Source: an uncultured bacterium
GTDB lineage: Bacteria; Patescibacteriota; JACMRA01
Direction of reading: 5' to 3'
Assembly (NCBI GenBank): GCA_963704645.1
Contig: OY969926.1
Coordinates: forward strand, 128,001 to 192,000
DNA: 64,000 nucleotides
Below, piece after piece: positions 1 through 10,234 of the stretch. Within the stretch, counting starts at the first letter, position 1; each line of letters opens with the position of its first letter. The position numbers and the translations under genes are program-made. The notes below the pieces were generated by a model that ran no database searches, had not been told where the DNA came from, and saw only the letters and a list, made by a program, of their open reading frames with translations.

Positions 1-154
1 AATTAGTTTGTTTAATGACTCAATTCAAATTGAATATCTTTACGTAAGTTCTTTTGCATCCTTATGCCTTCTTGTTGCAGGAATTATTGTTTACAATAAA
101 AGGCAAAAAATAGTTTATTTAAAAAAGGACATGAGTGAAATTGGTATACGCTAA
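1..154 (+). CDS. 3' end of a membrane protein (partial, runs off window start)
   Basis: Open frame from base 2 (ISLFNDSIQIEYLYVSSFASLCLLVAGIIVYNKRQK...IGIR) ending TAA at 152-154; hydrophobic helix then basic tail. Confidence 0.6.
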   Translation, partial: ISLFNDSIQIEYLYVSSFASLCLLVAGIIVYNKRQKIVYLKKDMSEIGIR

Positions 155-169
155 AGAAATTTAAGACAA

Positions 170-514
170 TTACTTATTTATTTTGCCACTCAACCTCTTA
201 ACAATTCTGCCAATACTAGAAATAGAGATATAGGAAGCATTGTTAATAAAAGAATATTGGTCGCACAGTTGTTTTATTTTTTTTCTGGTCATGCTAGGAA
301 ATTGGTCATATACTTTTTCTATAAATATTATTAATCTAGGATCTATTCTTGCTTTAGAATAATTAAAGCCGTAGTGATTTGTTTTTTGATTTAGTTTGTA
401 CACCCAATAATATATTGTAGATTTAGGTAATTTGTATTTTTCTAAAGTTTTTTGAATTCCATGCTGTAGTAAGAATTGCACTACCTCTTTTTTGAATTCG
501 GGCTGATGGAACAT
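170..514 (-). CDS. HTH protein resembling the N-terminal DNA-binding half of IS481/IS3-type transposases, no DDE domain
   Basis: HGIQKTLEKYKLPKSTIYYW first HTH and ISISSIGRIVKR second HTH-like segment; ends at 114 aa. Confidence 0.6.
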   Translation of the reverse strand: MFHQPEFKKEVVQFLLQHGIQKTLEKYKLPKSTIYYWVYKLNQKTNHYGFNYSKARIDPRLIIFIEKVYDQFPSMTRKKIKQLCDQYSFINNASYISISSIGRIVKRLSGKINK

Positions 515-745
515 TTGTAGCTAAAGTATTAGGGTTGATATAAGAAATTATACTAAAAGATATTTTCAAAACGAAAAAGTTTAAAGCGAAGAGGGTTTTG
601 TAAGAGTTTGTGCTTTTCCAAAGGAAGAGTATTTTTTAATCAAAATTAATATTTTATAAAATTAAGTTTAGTTATCTATAAAGTATGTCATATTGGTTAA
701 ATGTCTTTAAAGGTTGATTTGTTAAGTATCAACATGTCTGTAATT

Positions 746-925
746 TTAAGTTTGTTTGACAAGTTTTAGAATGGCTGATTGCAATTGTTTAGCATGACGT
801 GGAGAAAGAGTGGAAGATAATGCAATAGCAAGCTCTAACTCTTTAACAAGGGTAAGCAAATTTGTTATAGCTCTGTCATTACTTTTTTTTCGCCTAGAAC
901 TAACTGTTTTATTGTTATTCACCAT
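746..925 (-). CDS. small helical hypothetical protein, paralog of 53270..53440
   Basis: Shares LTLxKELELxxxLxxxLxPxH with the 53 kb ORF; ATG at 925 preferred over GTG at 934. Confidence 0.6.
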   Translation of the reverse strand: MVNNNKTVSSRRKKSNDRAITNLLTLVKELELAIALSSTLSPRHAKQLQSAILKLVKQT

Positions 926-1059
926 AATATTCACAAAAATACCCTAAAAAAATAAACTTTTTAAAAAGTGTTGTGATTTCTTAGGCGAGCAAAGATAAAC
1001 AAATTTGTTAGAGGTTGTCAAATATATTCCAGTTAACTCTGTATTCTTTTATTTATAAT

Positions 1060-2256
1060 ATGAACTCTTTTTCTCAAGCTGATGTGTCTAAACGTTGCAA
1101 TGTTACAAGAGCTACAGTGAATAGGTGGGTTGAATTAGCAAAAGAAAAAAAGAATAACTTACAACTAGATTTCTCTAACAAAATTGTTAGAATTTTAGAT
1201 TCTCCACACAACGACGTTGAGCTAAACAGATTAGCCAAAGAAGCCAAAAAGTATAGAAACAGCATTCCTGTAAAAGAAGTAGCAGTTTCAGAAGAATTTT
1301 ACGAGTATTTTAATGAGGAGGAAATTGTAGAAATTATTACAGATTTAGAGTTCAACAGAGAAGTTAATTTAAAGTTTGCCTACAGAAATGGAGGTGCTAA
1401 CAATTGGGACGGTTTTTATAAAAGTAACGTCTCGCCTATTAAGTCTGCAGTTAACCATTTTATAAATCAAATTGAAACAAGTATAAGTTATTTAGCTGGC
1501 GAAAATAAGCAACTAAATTTGATTGATATTGGCCCAGGAAACGGAGAGCCTGTAATAGAGTTAATTAGTAATATGATAAAAAAGGGTGTATTAAAAAGGT
1601 ACATTCCAATTGATATTAGCAATGAAATCATTCATATTGTTGAGAAATCTATAAAAAATAAATTTCCATTGTTAGATTTAAAATCATACCAAGCAGATTT
1701 AGAAAATGCCAGGTTTAAAAAAATCTTTTTAGAAAACAAGTTAAGCGAAGATAACGCCTCTAACTTTATAATTTTTTTGGGTAACACCATCGCCAATATA
1801 ATAGACAAAGTGCAGACTTTAAAAAATATACGTAAAGGTATGATTGAAGATGACATGCTGGCAGTAACTTTTTCCCTGGACAACGAGATAAATAAATCTA
1901 ATCTGAACTATGTTAAAACAAACGATGCAGATCAAATGCACTCTTTTATCCTCGAAAAAATGGGAGTGGATATAAGTAGATGTGATTTGTTAGTTGAATA
2001 TAACGAACAAGATAAATGTAAAACTAAATCTATCATTTTAGACAAAGATTACGCCATTCATTTTAATTTATTTGGCCAAAACAAGACTGTATTTTTAGAA
2101 AAGGATGAACCAATTATAGTTTGGAGGCACTATCTATCTAGCATGGAAGATTTTGTGTCTAATTTAGACGAGGTTGGTTTTGAAGTATTGGTCACTAGAA
2201 AAAGTAATGATTTAGCTAACGGCCTAGTTATATGTCAGATCAAGACAAATGAATAG
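1060..2256 (+). CDS. N-terminal HTH fused to EgtD-like (L-histidine N-alpha-methyltransferase family) SAM-dependent methyltransferase
   Basis: SQADVSKRCNVTRATVNRWV HTH; IDIGPGNG SAM motif, YIPIDIS, FLGNTIAN; ATG at 1060 preferred. Confidence 0.75.
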   Translation: MNSFSQADVSKRCNVTRATVNRWVELAKEKKNNLQLDFSNKIVRILDSPHNDVELNRLAKEAKKYRNSIPVKEVAVSEEFYEYFNEEEIVEIITDLEFNREVNLKFAYRNGGANNWDGFYKSNVSPIKSAVNHFINQIETSISYLAGENKQLNLIDIGPGNGEPVIELISNMIKKGVLKRYIPIDISNEIIHIVEKSIKNKFPLLDLKSYQADLENARFKKIFLENKLSEDNASNFIIFLGNTIANIIDKVQTLKNIRKGMIEDDMLAVTFSLDNEINKSNLNYVKTNDADQMHSFILEKMGVDISRCDLLVEYNEQDKCKTKSIILDKDYAIHFNLFGQNKTVFLEKDEPIIVWRHYLSSMEDFVSNLDEVGFEVLVTRKSNDLANGLVICQIKTNE

Positions 2257-2343
2257 ATTTCAAAGTTAAAAGACTACCAAGATTAAACCAATATACATTA
2301 ATCCCTTTGTTGAAACTGAATTATGCGACTTGATATTCTATCA

Positions 2344-2844
2344 TTATAATTTAATTTTTATAATGACCAATTTTACTAGCTTATAAACAAAGATGAATAA
2401 AATTACAGCCATCAAACTTATTGGAAATTGTTTAAAGACTATTTCAACAAAGATGTCATTTGCTGCATAGTTATAATGACATTCTAAATTATTTGGTATA
2501 AAATATTTATAGGAATAAATTAAATTTACTATCAGTGCTGTAAATGAAATGACAATCACATCAAAGTTTTGTAACAGTATTTTATTTTTTATAATTTGTT
2601 TTAGTTTATACAAAATTATTACAAAAACAACCGATATTATAAAGAAAAATATAAAGTTTGGTATTATGTTCAAATAGTTTTCAAGCCTATTTCTGCTTAC
2701 AGTATGAATAAATGGAAAGCCATAGCCTCTTATACAAAACTCTAATTCATTATCAGAAGAACCAAGGCTTCTTTCAAAAAAATGGAATACTGCGGTTAAA
2801 ATAATGGATAAGGGAATAGAGTATTTCAGAATTAGATTTAGCAT
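2344..2844 (-). CDS. four-TM membrane hypothetical protein
   Basis: Four hydrophobic segments, GYGFPF loop; last gene of the PA14-protein operon. Confidence 0.7.
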   Translation of the reverse strand: MLNLILKYSIPLSIILTAVFHFFERSLGSSDNELEFCIRGYGFPFIHTVSRNRLENYLNIIPNFIFFFIISVVFVIILYKLKQIIKNKILLQNFDVIVISFTALIVNLIYSYKYFIPNNLECHYNYAANDIFVEIVFKQFPISLMAVILFIFVYKLVKLVIIKIKL

Positions 2845-2851
2845 AAGTTTT

Positions 2852-3523
2852 TTACCATTCCCCAATAGAAATATTTTCCTTACCCTTTATATTTTGAATA
2901 TAGCCTAGCCATTTTTTATCGCCATAGCTTGTACTGGTTGGAATACAGGCTACAAAAGATGTGGTGTAACCTGGTGAATTATAATATTCGTTATACATAC
3001 CTTGTTGGTTAACAGAAGATGGGGTGTAATTTGGTATATTGAAATATTCTTTAATAGTATTGTTGGTTTGCTGAATAATACTTTTCTTTTCTTTTAAGCT
3101 TAAATTGTCCCAAATACTTTTGTCTTTAACATAAATTAAAGCATCTCCAGAATATGGAACTTCTTCAGGCTTGTACTCATTGGCATCTACCAATAGGAAA
3201 TTATATTTAGAGAGAGAAGAATTAATAATTTTATTTAGTTCGGGCGGAATTGGCGTTCGCATCGAATCATATTCAGACAATTTATATTTGCATATTGGAC
3301 TTAACTTAAAGGGCATGCCTCCACCTTCACTAGTTAAATAACTTATGTTAGTACTTATTCCAGCAAACTGTGGATCAAATAATATCTGGTAAGTTTCGTA
3401 GATTTTTATTCCCCCTCTATATAACAATATACTTGCAGGAATAATTAGTATAGCAATAAGTATTTTTAATTTTAAGCTAAGTTTTTTAAGGTTAGAAAGT
3501 TTGAATTTATTGAAAAAGGTCAT
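2852..3523 (-). CDS. membrane-anchored hypothetical protein, tandem paralog 2 (immunity-like)
   Basis: N-terminal TM; closely similar to 3589..4206 (YLTSEGGGMPFKLS, KSIWDNLSLKEKK, YGDKKWLGYI, SIGEW). Confidence 0.8.
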   Translation of the reverse strand: MTFFNKFKLSNLKKLSLKLKILIAILIIPASILLYRGGIKIYETYQILFDPQFAGISTNISYLTSEGGGMPFKLSPICKYKLSEYDSMRTPIPPELNKIINSSLSKYNFLLVDANEYKPEEVPYSGDALIYVKDKSIWDNLSLKEKKSIIQQTNNTIKEYFNIPNYTPSSVNQQGMYNEYYNSPGYTTSFVACIPTSTSYGDKKWLGYIQNIKGKENISIGEW

Positions 3524-3588
3524 ATTTTTAATTTTGTTTATAGGAGTTGCAACACCTTTTTAATTAGCTCAACATTTTCACAAAACAC

Positions 3589-4206
3589 CTACCACTCCCC
3601 AATAGACATTCTTTCTTTTCCTTTGAAGTTTTCAATGTAGCCTAACCATTTTTTATCTCCGTAACCCCTACTGTTTGGAGTGCAAGTAACAAATGATGTA
3701 GTATAACTTGGTTTATTAAAATATTCTTTTATATTATTATTAGTTTGTTGAATCATATCCTTTTTTTCCTTTAAACTTAAATTGTCCCAAATACTTTTAT
3801 CTTGAACATAAATTAAAGCGTCACCTGAATTTATATTTGTAGGTATAATATAAGTATTTGCATTTACCAACAAAAAATTGTATTTAGTAAGAGAGAGATT
3901 AATTTTTGTAGTTAACTCTTTAGGTATGGCTAAGCTTGTAGAAGTATATTCATTAAGGTCTACAATACACAAATCACTTAGCTTAAAAGGCATGCCCCCT
4001 CCTTCACTAGTTAAATAATCTATGTTGGTACTTATTCCAACAAACTCAGGATCAAATAATATCTGGTAAGTTTCGTAGACTTTTATTCCCCCTCTATATA
4101 CTAATATGCTTACAGGAATTATTAGTATTGCAATAAGTATTTTTAATCTTAGGCTAAGTTTAGTGAAGTTGATTAGTCTAACTTTTTTAAAGAAGGGTGT
4201 AGTCAT
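3589..4206 (-). CDS. membrane-anchored hypothetical protein, tandem paralog 1 (immunity-like)
   Basis: Starts 2 nt after the stop of the large PA14 protein; paralog of 2852..3523. Confidence 0.8.
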   Translation of the reverse strand: MTTPFFKKVRLINFTKLSLRLKILIAILIIPVSILVYRGGIKVYETYQILFDPEFVGISTNIDYLTSEGGGMPFKLSDLCIVDLNEYTSTSLAIPKELTTKINLSLTKYNFLLVNANTYIIPTNINSGDALIYVQDKSIWDNLSLKEKKDMIQQTNNNIKEYFNKPSYTTSFVTCTPNSRGYGDKKWLGYIENFKGKERMSIGEW

Positions 4207-4208
4207 AT

Positions 4209-7200
4209 TTAATTTTTTAATCTGGTTGGAACTGTGTTACAAGTCACATCATCCCAATAAAGTCTATCGATGGGAACTCGAGGTACATACTCATTACAGA
4301 CGTTATGTGTCTTACTAAATCTATTTTTGTATTCATTGGCAAAAGTTGAAACGCTTACTCTGTTTTCTCTTAGATCTTTGCCTAATTTTATGGCTTCATA
4401 ACTAGAAAATAAATCCATCCAGCTTGAACCATTCTCTGCAGGGTCTGGTAAAGTCCTATAAAACTGTGGAGGTACAAAAGTATTCTTTTTATAAGCTTCG
4501 TGGAACATTAACCACCATTCATTGGATCCAAATAAAGGTAATGGTAAGTTTACTCCAATAAAAGGATAACCAACCGAGTTTTGGCTATCACCTGCATACG
4601 CAAAGTTTATTCCTCCACCAGTATTATGCCATGCAAGGTTAGATTTAGTCCCCTCATCATCAAAAATATAATTGTAACCAGAAGAGCCATGAAATTCCAC
4701 TATATGGTAGGCTTCTTCATATACTGTACCTGCATTACACCCATCTATACTTATTATGCAATTTTTACCGGGTCTATTGGCAAAAACTGTTCCTAGATCG
4801 TAAATAAATCTGTCCTTGTTATTGGTACTTTGCCAAGATAGAGCAATAAAATTAGCACTTGCTACGTAAGCTTCCATTGTATTTTTACAGTAGGAATTCA
4901 TTAAAGTTCTTTCATTTAAAACAAATACAGCATTTAAAAACAATCTTTTTGGCTCATCTGAAGTATACCAATTAGAGTTTTTCTTATTATTTAGAAAAGA
5001 TTGTAGGTAGTTTAAATCTTGGCAGGACAGAAAAGTTGTTGATGGGTTTCGACCTGTCGTTGCTGTCCATATTGCTAAAACCATTTTAGCATGAAACTGA
5101 ATTTCCGTATCACACGATGCTGTACACTCTCTCTTTGCTAAATAATTATACAACCCATCATTAATTAAACTTTCTGCCTGCGAAAGATTCTTATTAAATC
5201 TCCCCCAAACACTACCCCACCCACCAATCTTAACATTGCCCGCTCTGTCTGTAATATTTATACTAAACTCAATATTCTGAGAGCTAGATACTTTGGTAAG
5301 ATCAATGTTGGCTGAATAAAGATAATCCACATTGTCGTTGTATTCTCTACCAAGGAATAATAATTTACTGTCGTAGTAGGCGTAGAAATCTACATAGCTT
5401 ACAAGACTTTGTGGTGTAGATAAATCCCAAGCCTCAGCTTTTACTGTAAAGTTGTTTCCTGTAATTGTTTGATAGTTTGCACTTGGGTTTATTATTCTTC
5501 CATCAGGTTTTATACTGTCTGTATACTCCCACCTCAAAGCAAAAGCGGCCTGTCCAGCATCTTCCCTAAACTTAACTTGAAGAAGATACCAACCTTCAGT
5601 AAGATATCTGTCTGTTCTGGTTTCAGAGCAACACCCAGGCTGATTAATTATCCTAGTTCCGTCTAATATAATTTCAGTTCCGTCATCAGCCTTTGAAATG
5701 AAAGTGAATGTGGAGGCCGGGAAATAATGCATTTTGGTAAAGTAACCAGAAAAGTTATCTGTTGGAAGGGAGCTTATTCCTGAAGGTGAGTTTAGGTAAG
5801 TTCCTGAAAAAGAATTTATTCCTCCCTTAGTTAAGTTTACAGTAGGATTATTATTCCCCCAGTTATCATCCCAAAAGTCCCCTAGTCTGGTTACTGGTTT
5901 TACAGGTATTCCTGTTTGATATTTGTTAGGGTAGAATTCTACACACCAGTCTGAGAAGTTATTATTGGTTTTACATGCTAGTTCCCAAGAAAGGGTTAGT
6001 TTAGCACTTCCTGTTTTTTCTTGATAGTATACTTCCATTACGTGCCAGCCTGTTGGTAGATCTATTCTGGTGTCAGTATCTGCGGCTGGGTTTTCCCATT
6101 TATCTATTACAATGTTTCCATTAATAACTAATTTCATTCCATCGTCGTAACCTGTATAGAATTTGTAATGACCTGATTCAAACCATTGTTTTTTACTAAA
6201 TTTAGCTGAGAAGTAATCAGAGGGGGTTACTCCTCCAGGGTTACCATAACCCCAATCTTTGTTAATGTAATCTGTTCTTCCAAGAGAATCTCTAGCAGGA
6301 TAATAGTTTTCAGAATAAGACATTATTCCAGAATAAGGATTGTTGTTGTAATATTGAGCACACCAGTTATCATAGGGAAGTTCTGGGTAGTTACATTCGT
6401 TGTATAAGGGAGTTCCTGTTATGGCTAGGGGTTGGACTGTGGGGGTGGTGGTAGCAAGGGAAGTGGTTGGAGCAAGTGTAGTTTTAGTCACTAAGGATTG
6501 AGTGGCTTCAGAAGGCGGAATTATTGGAGTTTGAGTTACTGGTTGAGGAGTATCAATAATTACTGGAGAAGTTACTGGAACCTGTGGAAGTGCTGGTTTA
6601 GGTGTAGGTATTGTAGGCCTAATAGGAGTTTGAGGCTCTGGTCTTTTCCATTCTTCCAGTCTCTTTTGTTTTTCTTGATGGGTTAGCGGAGTTTCTGGCT
6701 GAGTTGGAGGAATTGTTGGCTGAGGAGTTGGCGTAGTAGGTGGCTCTGGATTACTTGGAGGCTCAGGTTCGCCCTCACCTTCACAAAGTCCCTTCTCTAC
6801 TTTCAGAACAATGTCGTTAAAGTCATAGTCTAACCAATCTTCAAAAGAAAGTGAGTATGCATTGTTTCCTAGGTTTACTTGTTTAACTCTGCTGGAATCT
6901 GTAGAAAGAATGGTTTTAGGTGACTGTGAGTAGAAGGGAGTTATTTTAAGAATTAGATCTTGGCCTTGGGTGAAGTTACCAAGTGTAGGAGAGGAATTTA
7001 TTCCTCCTGTGGCATTTTGAACATCTGAAACCTTCTTGGTTGTTAAATCATTGTAGTTATCTGAAATTAGTTTGTCTGAACCGTCTTCGTTTACTCCTAC
7101 AAGGTAAAGTTTACCTCCTGCTCCATCATTACTTATTCTTGAAATGTAATAACAGCCTGTGCTTTGGATGCTTAGTTTGTTTGATGGAGTCTCAGGTGGT

Positions 7201-7457
7201 TCTTCCTGTGTAGCCAAGTCCTCTTGATCTTCTTCATTGGAAGAGTTAAGTTTAGATTGTCCTAACTCTTCAGTTTTAGGCCTATCTTTAGCATATTTAA
7301 TTTTAGCTGGGTCGTAATTATTAAAACTGGTTTTAGCACTTGTTGAAATTGAGAGTATTGGAGTTAATAGATTTAATATTATTAAAAAGGAGATAACAGT
7401 AAAAGAGAGAGTTTTCTGCCAATTTTGTTTTAAAAAGTTTAATTTATCTTTGTTCAT
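4209..7457 (-). CDS. large secreted/anchored protein: signal/TM, DUF4114-like, Pro/Thr linker, two PA14-like domains, Ig-like domain, unknown C-terminal domain
   Basis: FEDWLDYDFNDIVLKV; YDDGMKLVING..IDKW and ADDGTEIILDG (PA14 DD motifs) with DWGYG/NWGNN; ITDRAGN Ig-like end; ATG at 7457. Confidence 0.75.
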   Translation of the reverse strand: MNKDKLNFLKQNWQKTLSFTVISFLIILNLLTPILSISTSAKTSFNNYDPAKIKYAKDRPKTEELGQSKLNSSNEEDQEDLATQEEPPETPSNKLSIQSTGCYYISRISNDGAGGKLYLVGVNEDGSDKLISDNYNDLTTKKVSDVQNATGGINSSPTLGNFTQGQDLILKITPFYSQSPKTILSTDSSRVKQVNLGNNAYSLSFEDWLDYDFNDIVLKVEKGLCEGEGEPEPPSNPEPPTTPTPQPTIPPTQPETPLTHQEKQKRLEEWKRPEPQTPIRPTIPTPKPALPQVPVTSPVIIDTPQPVTQTPIIPPSEATQSLVTKTTLAPTTSLATTTPTVQPLAITGTPLYNECNYPELPYDNWCAQYYNNNPYSGIMSYSENYYPARDSLGRTDYINKDWGYGNPGGVTPSDYFSAKFSKKQWFESGHYKFYTGYDDGMKLVINGNIVIDKWENPAADTDTRIDLPTGWHVMEVYYQEKTGSAKLTLSWELACKTNNNFSDWCVEFYPNKYQTGIPVKPVTRLGDFWDDNWGNNNPTVNLTKGGINSFSGTYLNSPSGISSLPTDNFSGYFTKMHYFPASTFTFISKADDGTEIILDGTRIINQPGCCSETRTDRYLTEGWYLLQVKFREDAGQAAFALRWEYTDSIKPDGRIINPSANYQTITGNNFTVKAEAWDLSTPQSLVSYVDFYAYYDSKLLFLGREYNDNVDYLYSANIDLTKVSSSQNIEFSINITDRAGNVKIGGWGSVWGRFNKNLSQAESLINDGLYNYLAKRECTASCDTEIQFHAKMVLAIWTATTGRNPSTTFLSCQDLNYLQSFLNNKKNSNWYTSDEPKRLFLNAVFVLNERTLMNSYCKNTMEAYVASANFIALSWQSTNNKDRFIYDLGTVFANRPGKNCIISIDGCNAGTVYEEAYHIVEFHGSSGYNYIFDDEGTKSNLAWHNTGGGINFAYAGDSQNSVGYPFIGVNLPLPLFGSNEWWLMFHEAYKKNTFVPPQFYRTLPDPAENGSSWMDLFSSYEAIKLGKDLRENRVSVSTFANEYKNRFSKTHNVCNEYVPRVPIDRLYWDDVTCNTVPTRLKN

Positions 7458-7622
7458 ATAGTAATCTGTACCTGAATTGGAAATGATCAATTCTTCAGAT
7501 AAAGCTTATATATGTCTAAGATATTTTGTGTTCATTTTTGGACTGAGTTGTTAGGATGGGGAGAGGTGGGGAATTCGCTTAATACAATAATTAGAAAAGG
7601 ATGGTGTAAAAATTTATAACAT

Positions 7623-8423
7623 CTACTTAAAATTCTGATAAATTATACCTGCAAAAAAGAAAAATAAATTTATTATCACTACCACCCCACCCGTGGCTAA
7701 ATTTAAATAGAATGAAAGTATAATTCCAAACCAAATTGATGAAACTGAAAACAATACAGCTAACAAAATAGTTTTAACCAAATCTAATTTAAATAATTGG
7801 GCGGAAATTACTGGAACAACCATTAAAGTTGATATTAACAAAACTCCAATGGAAGTAATGCCCAAACTTATAATAACAGCGCAAAGTGTAATAAATATGT
7901 AATTTATTTTTTCAACCTCAACTCCTTCCGAGGTGGCCAAATCTTCGTCTAAGCTAATTAAAAGCATCTGATTTCTAATAAAGAAAAGTGTAATTAGTAT
8001 AGCTGGCACGGCCACTGATAAAACAATTACATCCTGAAGACTAACAAAATTTAAACCTCCAAATAAATAACTAAATAATTTACCACTACCCTGATTTGCA
8101 AAATTCAACAAAATGGCTGTTAAACCAAGACTAGCAGATAAAGTTACAGCCAAAGCGGTTTCTCCAAAAAGCTTTTTGGATTGTCTAATTTTTTCTATAC
8201 CAAGACTTACCAAAATTGTACTTAAAATAGTAACTGGAAGAGTGGCTAAACCAGTAATTATACTTGTTAAAATACCTACCAAAGAAACATGCGAAAGAGT
8301 ATCAGCTAAATTGGAATATCTTTTTACAACTAGAAAAATTCCCAGGACTGGTAAAACTAAACCAAGAATACTTCCAGCAATAAGTGACCTAATTATAAAT
8401 TCGTATTGGAAAATTTCAAGCAT
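7623..8423 (-). CDS. znuB: Zn/Mn ABC transporter permease
   Basis: ADTLSHVSLVG, YLFG, GVLLISTLMVVP; multiple TM helices. Confidence 0.9.
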   Translation of the reverse strand: MLEIFQYEFIIRSLIAGSILGLVLPVLGIFLVVKRYSNLADTLSHVSLVGILTSIITGLATLPVTILSTILVSLGIEKIRQSKKLFGETALAVTLSASLGLTAILLNFANQGSGKLFSYLFGGLNFVSLQDVIVLSVAVPAILITLFFIRNQMLLISLDEDLATSEGVEVEKINYIFITLCAVIISLGITSIGVLLISTLMVVPVISAQLFKLDLVKTILLAVLFSVSSIWFGIILSFYLNLATGGVVVIINLFFFFAGIIYQNFK

Positions 8424-8441
8424 ATTTATTCAGTGTTTTTA

Positions 8442-9173
8442 TTAGTGGTGATGGTGCATGTGCTGTCTAGAGCTTCCATAAATATCCTCAAAATCTGAGC
8501 TGTTAGTAAAACTTTTAACTGACTGGTGAATAATAAGTTTTTGATTTAAACACCAAACTAAATTGGAAGACTTAGCCACTGTTTCCAGTTCATGAGTGAC
8601 TAAAATTATAGCAACTCCCTGTTCAAAAATATCTTCTAGAATTGAATAAAATTCTGCCTGATTTTGAACATCCACGCCAGATATTGGCTCGTCTAAAATT
8701 AAAAGTTTTGGTTTAGATATCAAGCTTCTTGCCAACCACACTCGCTGTCTTTGTCCAACCGAAAGCTGGCTAATTAACTTATTTTTAAAATCTAAAATAC
8801 CAAGTTTAACTAAAATATTATTCACCCATTTTTCGTCTTTATTTTTAAATAAATTAGTGCCTAAAATATCATTTACACTTGCTGGGAAGGACAGACTAGT
8901 TTGGTTTAATCGCTGAGGCAAATAAGCAATTTCACCCCTGTTTTTAAATTTAGATATTGGCAGACCAAACACTTCTAAATTTCCAGAAAAGTTAGTTTCT
9001 ATACCTGTTAAAATTTTAACCAGGGTGGTTTTACCCGCTCCATTAGGACCAGTGAGAATACAAAAATTATCTTGCTCTAAATTAAAGTTTAAATTATCTA
9101 GAACAATGTCATCTCCATATTTAATGGAAAGGTTTTGAGCAGATAAGATAGGTTTTTTTTCACTATTATTCAC
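8442..9173 (-). CDS. znuC: Zn/Mn ABC transporter ATP-binding protein
   Basis: GPNGAGKTT, LSVGQRQR, LLILDEP, His-rich C-terminus HMHHHH. Confidence 0.9.
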   Translation of the reverse strand: MNNSEKKPILSAQNLSIKYGDDIVLDNLNFNLEQDNFCILTGPNGAGKTTLVKILTGIETNFSGNLEVFGLPISKFKNRGEIAYLPQRLNQTSLSFPASVNDILGTNLFKNKDEKWVNNILVKLGILDFKNKLISQLSVGQRQRVWLARSLISKPKLLILDEPISGVDVQNQAEFYSILEDIFEQGVAIILVTHELETVAKSSNLVWCLNQKLIIHQSVKSFTNSSDFEDIYGSSRQHMHHHH

Positions 9174-10098
9174 ACTTTAAAGCTATTTTAAGATTATTTA
9201 AGTTGCTTTTGTATATTGAAATATAGTCTTCGTTGTTTTTAATTTGCTCATCAGTAATTGTTTCAATTGGGTTTAATTCTAAAGTTTTTGTATTAGTTTC
9301 AAGGCTAATTGTATCTGTAATTTTATTGTTGGCCGAGCTTTCCAAAAAAATGTATTCTAAATTGTTCTGTTTAATTGTATTTATAATTTCACTAATTTGC
9401 TGGCTACTTGGCTCATCTTCTGGGCTTAAACCAGTAATTGGAATAATTTGTATATTGTATTTCTGGGCAAAATAACTATAGGCATCATGCGAGACTATAA
9501 TTTTATTAAATTTACATTTAGCTAAACTAGTTTTGGTTTCAATATCTAATAGATTTAGTTTTGTAGAGAATGACAATTGATTGGCTGGAAATAAATCTTT
9601 TTTGTCTGGAAACTTTGCTGCTAATTGGTCTGACAATTTTGAACTAAATTCTGAAACTAAGGTTGGATCTAGCCAGAAATGGGGATCTTTTGCCTCCTCT
9701 GCATCTATCAAATTAATGCTTTTTGATACAGAAATAGTGGCAACACCATTTTTAGAAATATCAGTTGCTACTTGTTCAGCCCAGGTGTCAATTTCTTCAC
9801 CTAAATACACAAAAGCAGCACCAGAATTTAAGTTAGCTATTTCCCTAGCTGAAGGTTCAAAATCGTGCGGTTCAACCCCCGCTGGAACAATATTAATAAC
9901 TTCAAAACTATCTCCAGCTACTTGCTTTGTAATATATTGAAGAGGATAAAAGGTAGTGTATATTTTTCTCTTGTTCTTATCGTCCCTACCAGCCAAATTA
10001 TTGTTTGCAGTAAACAACATACTAGTAAAGAAACCTGCAGCAAGAATAGCTACAATGGTTAATATAATTATAATGTTTTTTTTGGAGAATATTTTCAT
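9166..10098 (-). CDS. znuA: Zn ABC transporter substrate-binding protein
   Basis: GVEPHDFEPS, DPHFWLDP, HDAYSYF motifs; N-terminal TM anchor. Confidence 0.9.
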   Translation of the reverse strand: MKIFSKKNIIIILTIVAILAAGFFTSMLFTANNNLAGRDDKNKRKIYTTFYPLQYITKQVAGDSFEVINIVPAGVEPHDFEPSAREIANLNSGAAFVYLGEEIDTWAEQVATDISKNGVATISVSKSINLIDAEEAKDPHFWLDPTLVSEFSSKLSDQLAAKFPDKKDLFPANQLSFSTKLNLLDIETKTSLAKCKFNKIIVSHDAYSYFAQKYNIQIIPITGLSPEDEPSSQQISEIINTIKQNNLEYIFLESSANNKITDTISLETNTKTLELNPIETITDEQIKNNEDYISIYKSNLNNLKIALKCE

Positions 10099-10234
10099 AG
10101 GTAATATATTTTATAATTGGTGGTATAATTGAACAATTATTTTTTTAGTTTGAATTTTAGATCCAAATTAGTAAACAAATGTTATTGTAAAATTTTTAGG
10201 TAAGGCTAAATTATGAGAGTTTAAATCTTTATAT

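Noticed and set aside
3524-3588. Spacer between the tandem paralogs as a remnant of an alternative toxin tip
   Set aside because: Only a short AT-rich resemblance to the end of the PA14 gene; not significant
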